From: Myxococcota bacterium
GTDB taxonomy: Bacteria > Myxococcota_A > UBA796 > CAJQPC01
Assembly (NCBI GenBank): GCA_036012755.1
Contig: DASCPX010000129.1
Coordinates: forward strand, 128,001-192,000
DNA: 64,000 bases
Direction: 5' to 3'
A program made the translations under genes and the position numbers. Under the pieces are notes generated by a model. The model was not told the origin of the DNA. It made no database searches and worked only from the letters and a program-made list of their open reading frames with translations. Positions 45,677-56,049 of the stretch are shown here, piece by piece; position 1 is the stretch's first letter, and every line of letters begins with the position of its first letter.

Positions 45677-47455
45677 TTACAGGTGTTTTGCCCGCGGGAA
45701 GGGCCTTTCCTTCCTCCTCCGGACCAGCGCTGGCAGCAGGAACATGCCGAGCCAACCCCCGGCGGCCCCGGCCGATGCGCATCCGCGGGTCTCGGCGCGC
45801 GGGGTGGCTTCCTCGTCGAGCTCCTCCCAGAGGCAGACCCCCGCCTCGTCGTCGCAGGTGCTCAGGTAGCCCTCGCGCTCTCCGCAGTCGCGCAGGACAC
45901 CGCCGCACACCCCGGCGCCGCAGGTGTCGCTCTCCGTGCACCAGGCGCCGTCGTCGCAGGGCGCGCCGTCGAAGCGGGGCTCGGCCGTGCAGCCGCCCGT
46001 CTGGGGGTCGCAGACTCCCACGCTGCACTCGCTGTCGAGCTCCGCGCAGTCGGGAGCGTCCTGGTGGATGCAGAAGCCATCCTGGCAAGCCTCGGTCCCC
46101 GTGCAGAGGCTGTCGTCCAGGCAGTCGCTGTCTTGTTGGCAGAGCTCCAGCGAGCGCGTGGGGTCGCCGTAGAGATTGAACATGGCCCGCGTCGCCCAGG
46201 CGAAGCCGGTCGTGTCCACCCACGCGTAGACCTCGGTCCAGCCGTCGCCGGGGAGCTCGGACTTGGTCCGCGCCAGCGCCTCTCCAGAGGTCGCTCCGTC
46301 AGTGAGCGCCAGCGCGTAGTAGTACGAGGCGGTCGTCCCGCCGGCCAGCTCGGGGCGCGGCTCCCAGGTCTCGCCGAAGTCGGGGGTGCTGCCGTACGAG
46401 ACGCGCGTCGCAGCCACCGTGCCGGCTGCTCCTCCCGAGAGCAGTGCGGTCGCCAGGTTGTCCTCGCTCTCCGGCCAGGCGTTGTCGCAGGAGACGTGCC
46501 AGGTGAAGGCCCCGCCCGCCGAGACCAGCTCCGCCTCGTCTCCGGACTCGATGAAGCTGGGAGAGATGACCTCGTCGTCGTCGCCGATCCCGTCTTCGTC
46601 GAGGTCCGCCACCCAGACCACGCGATGGGTGGAGTCCTTCCATCCGTGTCCCGCCCAGACGACCACCCCCGCACCCTGTGCCCAGGTCTCCAGCAGCTGG
46701 TCACGGCTCAGATCGAGGTCGCGTTCGTAGGCGCTCTCCAGCAGGCCCTCGCCTTCGAAGAGGCGCACGCTCTCGAACACGGCTGGGAGATCCCGGTGGA
46801 TGGTCGCCAGGATGCCGCCGCCGTCGCTGTGCCCCTGGTAGATGCCCCCCGACACGGTCGAGGTGCCGTCGATGCCGAAGAGCGCTCCCGGCAGCAGCAC
46901 CGTGTGGCGGTAGGACTTGTCGGTCTCCAGGTCGCGCTCCAGGGCGCGCTCCAACAAGGCGTCCATCGTCCCGACGTCCCCGTCGTACACAGGCAGCCGC
47001 CCGACGTAGAGCTCGGGCATCATGTCCATGCACCCCTCTCCGATGTCCCTGGGGTAGTGCCACGGCCGCCCGTCGCCGTCGCAGTCCCATTCGCCGGTCA
47101 GCTCGGCGTAGTAGAAGTCCGTGGGGATCGGGCTCATGTTGGTCTGGAGCTCGGGCGGGTAGTAGTGCAGGAGGCTGGCGATCGGGTAGGTCTCGAGCAT
47201 GGGGATGTCGCCCGTCGCCGGGTCGGGATCGCCGATCAAGAGCAGGAAAGCGCCGGGGTCCTCTGCGTACCGCTCCTTCAGCCACGCCCGGATGCGGTCC
47301 TGGCGGCTGTCCGCGCTGGTCTGTGCTGGATGGTCCCAGTCGGTCTCTGTGGCCAGGGTGACCTCCCAGCCCTCCGCTTCTCGAAAGGCGACGAAGCGGG
47401 GTAGCTCACGGCTGCCGGCGGCGAGCTCCGATGTGGTCAGGACGATCAGCTCCAT
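45677..47455 (-). CDS. Gingipain-family (C25) cysteine peptidase with Cys-rich repeats and MYXO-CTERM-like tail
   Basis: LLIGD, PTDFYY, YVGRLP, WAGHG (His), VSC (Cys) and NLYGDP motifs; C-terminal RGCASAG...WLGMFLLPALVRRRK. Confidence 0.85.
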   Translation of the reverse strand: MELIVLTTSELAAGSRELPRFVAFREAEGWEVTLATETDWDHPAQTSADSRQDRIRAWLKERYAEDPGAFLLLIGDPDPATGDIPMLETYPIASLLHYYPPELQTNMSPIPTDFYYAELTGEWDCDGDGRPWHYPRDIGEGCMDMMPELYVGRLPVYDGDVGTMDALLERALERDLETDKSYRHTVLLPGALFGIDGTSTVSGGIYQGHSDGGGILATIHRDLPAVFESVRLFEGEGLLESAYERDLDLSRDQLLETWAQGAGVVVWAGHGWKDSTHRVVWVADLDEDGIGDDDEVISPSFIESGDEAELVSAGGAFTWHVSCDNAWPESEDNLATALLSGGAAGTVAATRVSYGSTPDFGETWEPRPELAGGTTASYYYALALTDGATSGEALARTKSELPGDGWTEVYAWVDTTGFAWATRAMFNLYGDPTRSLELCQQDSDCLDDSLCTGTEACQDGFCIHQDAPDCAELDSECSVGVCDPQTGGCTAEPRFDGAPCDDGAWCTESDTCGAGVCGGVLRDCGEREGYLSTCDDEAGVCLWEELDEEATPRAETRGCASAGAAGGWLGMFLLPALVRRRKERPFPRAKHL

Positions 47456-48212
47456 GCGGGGTTCCGGGGCCATAGCCCACGTCCACGAGGAAGCCGCCGT
47501 CGTCGTCCTCGCAGCCGCGGTTGTAGCCGCTCCAGGTGCTCATGCTCTCGCCCAGGTGCGCGATGGCGATGCTGTTGCAGAAGTCGGGATCCAGGTGGTC
47601 GAGGAGCTCGCCATCCAGGCTCGGGGCGTTGGTCGTGACGGCCAGGTCGACGAGGGCTTCAGGGTCCATCTCGAGGGCCACGACCTCGGTCCCTCCCCAG
47701 GTCACCGTGCTGAACTCGAAGCTCGCCTCCTCCTCCCCCACCGCTCGTGTGTATGCGAGGTAGCTGTCCTCGCTGGGGGCGTCGGTCGGGCCGAAGAAGA
47801 GGACGTAGCTGCCCGAGGGCGCGCCGGTGACGGTGCCGGTGACGGTCATCGACTCCGTCGCGTAGCCGTCGAGGCTGCGCTGGTGGGTCCGGAGGTCCAG
47901 CGGCATCGTCACCTCCGACAACACGACCCCGGAGTAGGTGACAGCCATGTGGTCCTCGGCTGCGACCGTGATGCTGACGGGCACATCGCCGGGCAGTCCA
48001 GGCATGGAGAAGGAGCCGTCGGCGCCGGTGCGGATGCTCAGCTGCTCGTCTGTGGTGTCGATCAGCACCCAGGCCCCGTCGACGGGCAGCAGGTCGAGGT
48101 AGGGATCGGTGACGGTCCCGCTGAGCTCGACGGTCGGCTCGGACTCGGCTGAGTCGTTGTCGGCGGGGCCTCGACCACAGGCGAGGATTGGGGCGAGGAG
48201 GAAGGTCTTCAT
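47406..48212 (-). CDS. Carboxypeptidase-regulatory-like (Cna-B type) domain lipoprotein
   Basis: MKTFLLAPILAC; LSGTVTD...PVDGAWV...TGADGSF; the last ~17 codons look out of frame. Confidence 0.65.
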   Translation of the reverse strand: MKTFLLAPILACGRGPADNDSAESEPTVELSGTVTDPYLDLLPVDGAWVLIDTTDEQLSIRTGADGSFSMPGLPGDVPVSITVAAEDHMAVTYSGVVLSEVTMPLDLRTHQRSLDGYATESMTVTGTVTGAPSGSYVLFFGPTDAPSEDSYLAYTRAVGEEEASFEFSTVTWGGTEVVALEMDPEALVDLAVTTNAPSLDGELLDHLDPDFCNSIAIAHLGESMSTWSGYNRGCEDDDGGFLVDVGYGPGTPHGADRPDHIGARRRQP

Positions 48213-48330
48213 CGAATCCTTCCGGGGTGCAGTGACGACGACGGGAGCAGGATAGCGGCACTTGTGGGTGTCGGGACAGGGCGAGTTCGTCAACACGGGC
48301 TAGTAGGGTGGACCAGCCTGAGAGGTCCCA

Positions 48331-51300
48331 ATGTTGTTGCTGCTGGCCTGCACCGGGCCCGGTCCCGAGCCGACGGTCATCGAGTCCGTCGAGGAGACCG
48401 ACAGCTTCATGCTGCACGGCCTCGAGTGCCGGGCACATGTCGTGCGCACCGAGCTCGATGTGCCCCACATCTATGCCTACACGCGCGAGGACGCCGCGAG
48501 GGTCTTCGGCTTCACCATCGCGCGCGACCGCTACTTCGAGATGGAGCTGGCCCGTCGACTGGCCACGGGAGAGATCAGCAACCTGCTCGGCGACGCCGCC
48601 CTGGAGACCGACATCGAGTCCCGCGGGCAGGGCAGTCGGCACGTCGCCGATCGCCTCTTTGCATCGCTCACCACCGAGCAGGAGCTGGAGATGGCGGCCT
48701 TCGCAGAGGGCGTCAACAGCTACATCGCCCTGGTGGCGCTGGAGCAGCACGCCGCTCCGAGCGAGCTGGACTTCGCCTTCGCCCTGCTCGGGGGGGACTC
48801 CCCAGCGGCGCTCATGGAGCCCTGGACCAGCTACGACGTCGCCGCGGTCGGGGCGACCATCATCTACAACCTCGGCTACGAGACCGGTGACGTCGGCCGC
48901 GCCTACACCGAGTCGGTCCTGCCCGATCTCTTCGCGGGCGCCGCCCTGGAGGACCTGCGTCAGGCCGGTGTCTATGACGATCTGTGGCGGCCCGTGGCTC
49001 CGCCGGCGCCCTACGCCTCCGCGCCTGGCTGGGGCCTCAACGAGGGCTACCGCGACGCCATCCCACAGCGAGAGCGGCGCATCGACGCGCCCCAGAGCTT
49101 GCTGAAGCGCACCTCCGAGCGCCTCGCCCGCCGCCAGGCGGCGATGGGCCGCGACTGGGACATGGGCTTCGGCTCCAACGTCTGGGCTGTCGACGCGGAC
49201 CACTCGGCGGACGGTCGCGCGCTGCTCGCGGGTGACGGGCACCTACCGCTCGACATCCCCTCGCTCTTCTACAGCTTCGGCGTCGACACCAAGCTCCTGG
49301 GCGGCGGGGACATGCGCCAGGTCGGCGTCACGATCCCGGGCTTCCCGATCATGGCGGTCGGCACAAACGGTGACATCGCCTGGGGCCAGACCCAGCTGAT
49401 GGGCGACATCACCGACTGGTACACGGAGGAGGTCCAGCTCGACGCCTCCGGCGAGCCCTCCGCGGTGTTCCACGACGGCCAGTGGAAGGACCTCGTCAGG
49501 ATCGAAGAGGTCTACGAGGTGGCGGACGTGCCCTCCCTCGGCTCGACCGGGCGGACCGAGACCTGGGCCCGCTGGGAGACATGGGACGGCCGCTGGCTCG
49601 CCGACATCGAAGGCGCCAGCGTGGAGAAGGAGGAGGCCGTCGTCACGATGCAGGGGGACTGGCTCGTGCCCGGAGACACGGACGGGGACGGGGTCATCAC
49701 CGGCATCACCTTCGACTACGCAGGCCTGGATGACGCCAACATCCTCCTCGCCAGCCAGCGCATGGGCGAGTCCAGGAGCGTCGACGAGTACCGGGACGCG
49801 ACCCGAGGTCTGGTGGCCTACTCGCAGAACCTCATCGCCGCAGACTCCGCCGGCGACATCTTCTACACCGGGTACCAGGCCGTTCCCTGCCGGGAGTACC
49901 TCGATCGCAACGGAGACGGAAGCTGGACAGAGGGCAGCGACCCCTCCCAGCTCCTCGACGGGACCAGGTACGGTGGGTTCTCCATCGAGGTCGACTCGGA
50001 CGGCTACGTCGTCGAGGACGGCGAGCACTGCGTGGTTCCATTCGACGAGTATCCGCAGGCCAAGAACCCCGCGAGCGGGTACCTGCTCAACGCCAACAAC
50101 GACCCGGGCAACATCAGCCTCGACGACGATTTGTTGAACGATCCGTGGTATATCGGCGGTTCCTGGATCGAGGGATACAGGGCCGTCCGCATCGACACCT
50201 TCCTCGCCGATGCCACACAGAATGACTGGGCTGACGTCGACGGGATGAGCGCCATCCAAGGGGACACGCGGAGCTCCCTCGGCGCGCAGTTCTCTCCGGT
50301 GCTGATCGAGGCCATCGAGCTGGCAGCAGCGCTCTCTGAGGTCGATCGTGAGCTCACGGATGACGAGCAGCGTCTCTTCGATCTGTACGAGTCCGACGCC
50401 CCGGCCATCGACGAGGTCCACCAGAGGCTGCTCGACTGGGCCGCAGAGGATCACCCGACGCCAGCCGGCGTCGACGCCTTCTACCACCCGCTGCTCGACG
50501 GCGAGGAGGACCAGGCGGTCGCGACCATGCTCCACAACGCCTGGTTTGGTCGTTTCGTGTCAGGAGTCTTCTCGGACGAGGGCCTCCCGGACGTCTGGGA
50601 GCCCACCGGCGGGACCGGACAGACACGCGCGCTCACCAAGCTGATCGACGGGCGCGGGCCGGACAACCCCGAAGGGCTCTCCTCCTGGAACGCTGACACA
50701 GAGGAGAGCGCCTTCTTCGACGTGCTCGGGACCGACGAGGTCGAGACCAGCCACGAGGTGGCCCTGAGCGCCCTGCTCGACGCCCTCGTCTTCCTGCGCT
50801 CGGCGCCAGAGGACGACTCGCTCGGCGGCTTCGGCACAGAAGAGATGAGCGAGTGGATCTGGGGGTACAAGCACGTCGTGCGCTTCGAGTCCATCCTCGC
50901 CGGCTTCCTCGGCGACGACCCGACCTACTCGGTCATCACCGACCAGTTCTCGATCACCACGGAGACCCTGCCGCTGGCCAGCGGGATGGCGCCGACGGAT
51001 CCACGCGCTGACCTCGTCGGCTTCCCGCGCCCCGGTGACACCTTCAGCGTCGACGCGGCGAACAACGGCTTCTCGCACAGTGACTTCGACCACGGGAGCG
51101 GTCCGGTCTTCCGAATGGTCATCGCGGTCGGCGGCGAGGACGATACCGTCGGCGTGAACATCATCCCAGGTGGCCAGTCGGGCATGACGGACTCAGCGCA
51201 CTTCTCCGACCAGGCGGCGCTCTGGCTCGCCAACGAGACCCTCCCCATGCGCCTGTCTCCAGAACAGGTGGTCGACGGCGCCACGGGACGCGAGGCCTAC

Positions 51301-51336
51301 CATCCCGGCCGCGGCGGAAATCTGTGTGGCTTCTGA
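48331..51336 (+). CDS. Penicillin/AHL acylase family (S45 Ntn hydrolase) lipoprotein
   Basis: VPHIYA, RDRYFEM, GSNVWAV (N-terminal nucleophile Ser), NANND and PGGQSG motifs. Confidence 0.92.
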   Translation: MLLLLACTGPGPEPTVIESVEETDSFMLHGLECRAHVVRTELDVPHIYAYTREDAARVFGFTIARDRYFEMELARRLATGEISNLLGDAALETDIESRGQGSRHVADRLFASLTTEQELEMAAFAEGVNSYIALVALEQHAAPSELDFAFALLGGDSPAALMEPWTSYDVAAVGATIIYNLGYETGDVGRAYTESVLPDLFAGAALEDLRQAGVYDDLWRPVAPPAPYASAPGWGLNEGYRDAIPQRERRIDAPQSLLKRTSERLARRQAAMGRDWDMGFGSNVWAVDADHSADGRALLAGDGHLPLDIPSLFYSFGVDTKLLGGGDMRQVGVTIPGFPIMAVGTNGDIAWGQTQLMGDITDWYTEEVQLDASGEPSAVFHDGQWKDLVRIEEVYEVADVPSLGSTGRTETWARWETWDGRWLADIEGASVEKEEAVVTMQGDWLVPGDTDGDGVITGITFDYAGLDDANILLASQRMGESRSVDEYRDATRGLVAYSQNLIAADSAGDIFYTGYQAVPCREYLDRNGDGSWTEGSDPSQLLDGTRYGGFSIEVDSDGYVVEDGEHCVVPFDEYPQAKNPASGYLLNANNDPGNISLDDDLLNDPWYIGGSWIEGYRAVRIDTFLADATQNDWADVDGMSAIQGDTRSSLGAQFSPVLIEAIELAAALSEVDRELTDDEQRLFDLYESDAPAIDEVHQRLLDWAAEDHPTPAGVDAFYHPLLDGEEDQAVATMLHNAWFGRFVSGVFSDEGLPDVWEPTGGTGQTRALTKLIDGRGPDNPEGLSSWNADTEESAFFDVLGTDEVETSHEVALSALLDALVFLRSAPEDDSLGGFGTEEMSEWIWGYKHVVRFESILAGFLGDDPTYSVITDQFSITTETLPLASGMAPTDPRADLVGFPRPGDTFSVDAANNGFSHSDFDHGSGPVFRMVIAVGGEDDTVGVNIIPGGQSGMTDSAHFSDQAALWLANETLPMRLSPEQVVDGATGREAYHPGRGGNLCGF

Positions 51337-52859
51337 TCCTGGGTTGCGGAGGCTCCCCGGTCGGTCCAGAGGTCGACTCCCAGGAGCCCGAACGTGCCCA
51401 GAACGTGCTGGTGGTGGTGTTCGACGATGTCGGCGTCGACAAGGTCTCGAGCTACGCCGACGACTTCCCGGAGTATGAGCCCGAGTACCTTCCCAACACA
51501 CAGACCTTCGACCAGGTCGGCGCGGCGGGTGTGCGCTTCACGGAGGTGTGGTCCGCTCCGTTGTGCTCGCCGACGCGAGCCAGCATCCTCACCGGTGTGC
51601 ACCCGTATCGGCACGGGGTCGGGACCGTCGTTCCGCAGGGCCCGCCGCTCTCGACAGACGCCGTCACCCTCCCTGAGTTGGTGCCCGAGACCCACACCAC
51701 CGGACTCTTCGGCAAGTGGCACCTGGGCATCAGCGGGTTGGACACCGACGCGGTGCCGCACCCGGAGTGGGACGCGGAGGCGGACGGGCACACCCGTGAA
51801 GACCCAGGCTCGATCAAGCACACACTCAATCCCATCCAGCAGGGCTGGGACCACTACGCGGGGGGTTTGTCCGGCACGGTCTGCACGATGGTCCTCGATG
51901 GTGACTGTGTGGGCGGGTACGACCACTGGATCCTCACCCGGGGTTCGGCCGAGACTCCCGGGGTCACGAAGCTCTGGTGGGAGGATGGCTACGCCACCGA
52001 GGTGGAGGTGGACGACGCCCTCGCATGGATCCGGGAGCAGGAGGGACCATGGGTCACGATGCTCGCGTTCCACGCGCCCCACCAGCCCTCTCACGGGACC
52101 GCGCGTTTTGGTTGCCAGCGGACGACCGTCCTCCCCTCTCCGAGGCCCAATCGCGTCGCGCTGTACGTCGGCATGTTGGAGTGCGCTGACACCCACCTGG
52201 AGCGCATGCTCTGGGAGCTCGATGCCATGGGCGAGCTCGACGACACGCTGCTGGTCGTCGCGGGGGACAACGGAGTCGAGACCTTCCTGCGCGAGTCGAT
52301 CATGGGAGCCGACAGGACGATCAAGGGGACCGCCTACGAGAGCAGCGTGCACGTACCGCTGGCGATCTCGACTGGAGCCTCCTGGGCCTCGGTCGCCAGC
52401 GGGGGCGAGCCCCTCGAGAGTGACCATGTCGCCCTGCCGGGCCGCACGGTCGACCAGATGGTGCACACCACCGATCTCTTCGCGACGGTGCTGGAGTGGG
52501 TCGGCGGTGACCGCTCGGGGGGTGTGGACTCCCTGAGCCTGGCGCCCCTGCTCCGGGGTCCCTCGGTGGAGATGCCCCGGGACTTCCTCTACACCGAGCG
52601 CTTCATCCCCTCGGATGACTTCGGGCTCTTAGGTCTGGCTGCCATCCGGGACCCGGAGGGCAACAAGCTGGTCGCGGACGTGCATCCAGAGGAGGAGGCG
52701 CTCTGCCGGGAGCTCCAGCTCTTCGAGGACGGCCCGGTCGATTTGCTCGATCGCTATGGCGATGCCGAGCTGGCAGAGGTCCAGGAGACCCTGGAGGGCG
52801 AGCTCGCTGCGCGCATCGAAGACGGCGCCGCGTGGCTCGACCACCCTCCCTGCCCCTGA
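51324..52859 (+). CDS. Cys-type (formylglycine) sulfatase lipoprotein
   Basis: NVLVVVFDDVG, CSPTRASILTG, GKWHLG, FHAPH, GDNG and KGTAYE motifs. Confidence 0.92.
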   Translation: MWLLILGCGGSPVGPEVDSQEPERAQNVLVVVFDDVGVDKVSSYADDFPEYEPEYLPNTQTFDQVGAAGVRFTEVWSAPLCSPTRASILTGVHPYRHGVGTVVPQGPPLSTDAVTLPELVPETHTTGLFGKWHLGISGLDTDAVPHPEWDAEADGHTREDPGSIKHTLNPIQQGWDHYAGGLSGTVCTMVLDGDCVGGYDHWILTRGSAETPGVTKLWWEDGYATEVEVDDALAWIREQEGPWVTMLAFHAPHQPSHGTARFGCQRTTVLPSPRPNRVALYVGMLECADTHLERMLWELDAMGELDDTLLVVAGDNGVETFLRESIMGADRTIKGTAYESSVHVPLAISTGASWASVASGGEPLESDHVALPGRTVDQMVHTTDLFATVLEWVGGDRSGGVDSLSLAPLLRGPSVEMPRDFLYTERFIPSDDFGLLGLAAIRDPEGNKLVADVHPEEEALCRELQLFEDGPVDLLDRYGDAELAEVQETLEGELAARIEDGAAWLDHPPCP

Positions 52860-52998
52860 GGGCTGGAGATGCTGTCAAGGCGGTGTGAGGGAATTCCGGA
52901 ACCCTCTCCGGATCCCGCGGTCTGAGCGCTCGATCCTGCTCTCGATGGCGGCCTGGCCGCCAGCTGGAGGAGTGCGTGTCGAATCCCGGAGACCAGCC

Positions 52999-55900
52999 AT
53001 GACCCTTCTACTTTCCCTGGTGTTGTCGTCTGCGCTCGCCGAAGACGACGGTGACGTACGCCGAGCACGCCGCACTGTCGACGTCGAGATGGCGGAGCGC
53101 GCCGCCCAGACCGAGCTCGCCAAGGCCGAGGCCACCCGGAAGCGCCACCTCGAGATGGAAGCCGCCGAGCGGTTGCTGTCCGAGAACCGCAGCCTGTCCT
53201 CCGACCAGCGGGCCGATCTGATGCTGCGCCTGGCAGACCTCTACTTCCGCGAGGGGCGGGCGTCCTACCTGGACGAGATGCTCCCCTACACCGAAGCGGT
53301 GGATGCGTGCTTCGACGACCCGGACTGCCCGGACACCTCCAACATCGTGCCGGACCACACGGAGTCCTCCGGGTGGCACGCGAAGAGCATCCGACTGTAT
53401 CGGATCATCCTGGACAACTACCCTCACTACCCCCGCGCGGACGAGGCCCAGTTCTACCTGGCGAGCGCGCTGGATGACCTCGACCGCGACGACGAAGCCC
53501 TGAAGGAGTACGTGCGGCTGGTCCGGTCCTACCCGGAGTCGACCTACGCCCCGAACGCCTACATGATGATTGGGGAGATCCAGTTCGAGGAGGGCGAGGT
53601 CTATCGGGCGCTGCTCGCCTACAAGAAGACGACCGCCTATCGCCACCACCAGTACTACAGCCTGGCTCTCTACAAGCTGGCCTGGTGCTACTACAACGTC
53701 GGCGAGTACGGGCTCGCCCTCGACACGCTCAAGAGGGTCATCACGTGGTCCGACGACACCCTCGAGGGCAAGGACAACCGAGGCGCCTTCGATCTGCGCG
53801 AGGACGCCTACCGCGACCTCGTGCGTTTCTGTGCCGACGGTGGCGACCTCGACGAGTGCGTGCACTTCATCAAGGCCCGCGGGCGCGACGACCTCGTGCG
53901 AGACACCATGGTCAGGCTGGGCTCGACCTACTTGGAGCAGGGCAAGAACGAAGAGGCCATGCGGCTCTACAAGCGTCTCATCGCCTCTGACCCGACACAC
54001 CTCGACGCTGCCGGATATCAGGGGGAGATCGTTCAGATATCTGTGAGGATGGGGCGCGTAGAGGAGACCGTCGACGAGCTGAACCGGCTGCGGCGCGACT
54101 ACGGAGGTACGTCCTCGTGGGCTCAGGCCAACGCGGTGGAGCCCGAGGAGGTCCAGGAGGTCCAGGACCAGACCGCGAGGCGCATCGCGAAGACGGCGAT
54201 CGAGTGGCAGAAGGAGGCCCGGAGGCTGGGAACGGGTCCTCGAGCCAAGCGTCTCTACGAAGCCTCTGACTCGCTCTACGCGGTCTATCGAAGGGACTTC
54301 CCGGAGGGCGAGCACCTCTACGACGTGACCTTCGCTCATGCCGAGCTCCAGTACGTCACCGGGCAGAAGGAGCTGGCCTTCTTCAGCTACATGGCGGTGC
54401 TCGAGATGGACCACCGGGGCAAGAGCTCGCTGTTCGCGGCGGAGGCTGCCATCAAGACCGCCGGAGTGCTCGCGGGCACACCCGGCGCCCCAGATGGCAG
54501 GGACGTCATTGCCCTCGACGAGTGGGAGGCGAACTATCTCAGGGCCTTGGATCGCTACGCCGAGCTCTATCCGGAGGGGGAGAAGCGCCAGTTCGCTCTC
54601 TACAAGGCCGCCTGGCTGCTCTATCACCACAACGACTTCGTCAAGGCCGCCGAGCGCTTCCGCGTCGTCATCGCGCTGGATCCCAGGTCCAAGGAGGCCG
54701 AGTACGCCGCCAACCTGATCCTCGACGGCCTCGCGCTGGTGGAGGACTGGGGGACGCTGCGGGAGACGGCGCTCTACTTCTTCGAGATGGATGGTCTCGG
54801 GGGCACGACCTTCAAGCAGACCTGCGCCAACGTCTACGAGCGGGCCAGCTTCAAGCTCATCGAGGTCGACCGGGAGCAGAGTGGAGACGACGTGGCAGCG
54901 GCGGACGCGCTGGTCGCCTTTGCGGGCGAGTTTCCGCAGAGCGACGTCGCGGACCTCGCCCTGAACAACGCCGCGGTCTGGTTCACCGAGGGCGGCCGGA
55001 GAGCCGATGCGATGCGGACCCGGCGGCTGCTCCTCGACGGCTATCCGACGACCCGCTTCGCCGCGGACACCATCGTGGCGCTGGCCTTCGACCACGAGGC
55101 CATCGGGCGCTTCGAGCGCTCCGCGGAGCTCTACGAGGCCCTGGCCGCGGAATACCCCAAGCACGACAGCGCCACCACCGCCCTCTACTCCGCGGCCTTG
55201 TTCCGCAAGGCGCTTGGCCAGAACGAGCAGGCCCTCGACGACACGCGCAGGCTCCTCGCGATGGACCCGGACCGGGATGACGCTCGGATCCTGGAGCTGC
55301 AGGTCGCGCGGCTCCACCGGGCCCTCGGAGACGAGCGGGCGGCGGAGGGGACCCTGCGGGTGATGCTCGCGGCCGATCCGGACCCCGAGCTGCGCATGGT
55401 CGCCTACCTGGAGCTCTCAGAGGTCGCTGGTGACCCGGCGGCCGTCCGCGCAGAGGCGCTGGCCTATGTGGTCGAGGAAGGGCTCGATTCGCCACAAGTC
55501 AAGGAGATCGCGGGACGTCTGCGCTTCGAGCAGGGTGCGGACGACTGGAAGGCGTACACAGAGCTGCGCATCCCCGGTCCCTCCACCATCGGCTCGCCGA
55601 AGCAGCAGAACATCGTCCTCGCGGACCAGCTCCTGCGCAAGACGGAGTCGCTCGCGACGATCGAGGCGCACTCCGCGGCTGTCATCGAGACCGGCTCGGG
55701 CCCCTGGGGTGTGGCCGCGCTGGTCCGTCTCGGCGCTGCATACGAGGACTACGCGGTGACCATCGAGGAGAGCTGGATTCCCGACTACCTCACCGAGGAG
55801 CAGAAGGGGATGTACCGGCAGGACCTCGCCGACCGGTCCGCGTTGATCCGACTGAAGAGCCAGGCAGCCTACGAAGCGGCGATGGCCGAGGCGATCCGAC

Positions 55901-56049
55901 TCGACGTCTACGACGACTCGGCCGAGACCGCGCGGCTCAGGCTGCAGGAGCTGGATCCCGACAGTCACCAGCCCACCTACGAGGTGCTTCCGGAGAAGAC
56001 CTGGACCAGCGGCGTCACCGTGCGCGCCGGCTTCGAGGAGGAGCTGTGA
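52999..56049 (+). CDS. Large periplasmic TPR protein, GltD/AgmU-like
   Basis: Signal MTLLLSLVLSSALA; LMLRLADLY...YPRADEAQFYLA...ALYKLAWCYYNVG TPR arrays; ~1016 aa, followed by a TPR lipoprotein as in myxobacterial gltD-gltE. Confidence 0.75.
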   Translation: MTLLLSLVLSSALAEDDGDVRRARRTVDVEMAERAAQTELAKAEATRKRHLEMEAAERLLSENRSLSSDQRADLMLRLADLYFREGRASYLDEMLPYTEAVDACFDDPDCPDTSNIVPDHTESSGWHAKSIRLYRIILDNYPHYPRADEAQFYLASALDDLDRDDEALKEYVRLVRSYPESTYAPNAYMMIGEIQFEEGEVYRALLAYKKTTAYRHHQYYSLALYKLAWCYYNVGEYGLALDTLKRVITWSDDTLEGKDNRGAFDLREDAYRDLVRFCADGGDLDECVHFIKARGRDDLVRDTMVRLGSTYLEQGKNEEAMRLYKRLIASDPTHLDAAGYQGEIVQISVRMGRVEETVDELNRLRRDYGGTSSWAQANAVEPEEVQEVQDQTARRIAKTAIEWQKEARRLGTGPRAKRLYEASDSLYAVYRRDFPEGEHLYDVTFAHAELQYVTGQKELAFFSYMAVLEMDHRGKSSLFAAEAAIKTAGVLAGTPGAPDGRDVIALDEWEANYLRALDRYAELYPEGEKRQFALYKAAWLLYHHNDFVKAAERFRVVIALDPRSKEAEYAANLILDGLALVEDWGTLRETALYFFEMDGLGGTTFKQTCANVYERASFKLIEVDREQSGDDVAAADALVAFAGEFPQSDVADLALNNAAVWFTEGGRRADAMRTRRLLLDGYPTTRFAADTIVALAFDHEAIGRFERSAELYEALAAEYPKHDSATTALYSAALFRKALGQNEQALDDTRRLLAMDPDRDDARILELQVARLHRALGDERAAEGTLRVMLAADPDPELRMVAYLELSEVAGDPAAVRAEALAYVVEEGLDSPQVKEIAGRLRFEQGADDWKAYTELRIPGPSTIGSPKQQNIVLADQLLRKTESLATIEAHSAAVIETGSGPWGVAALVRLGAAYEDYAVTIEESWIPDYLTEEQKGMYRQDLADRSALIRLKSQAAYEAAMAEAIRLDVYDDSAETARLRLQELDPDSHQPTYEVLPEKTWTSGVTVRAGFEEEL

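Noticed and set aside
44531..47404. 957-aa plus-strand ORF and similar long ORFs (17270-19621, 38767-40857, 53008-55317)
   Set aside because: Alternate-frame or antisense shadows typical of high-GC DNA; Arg/Pro/Gly-rich or motif-free, and overlapping well-supported genes.
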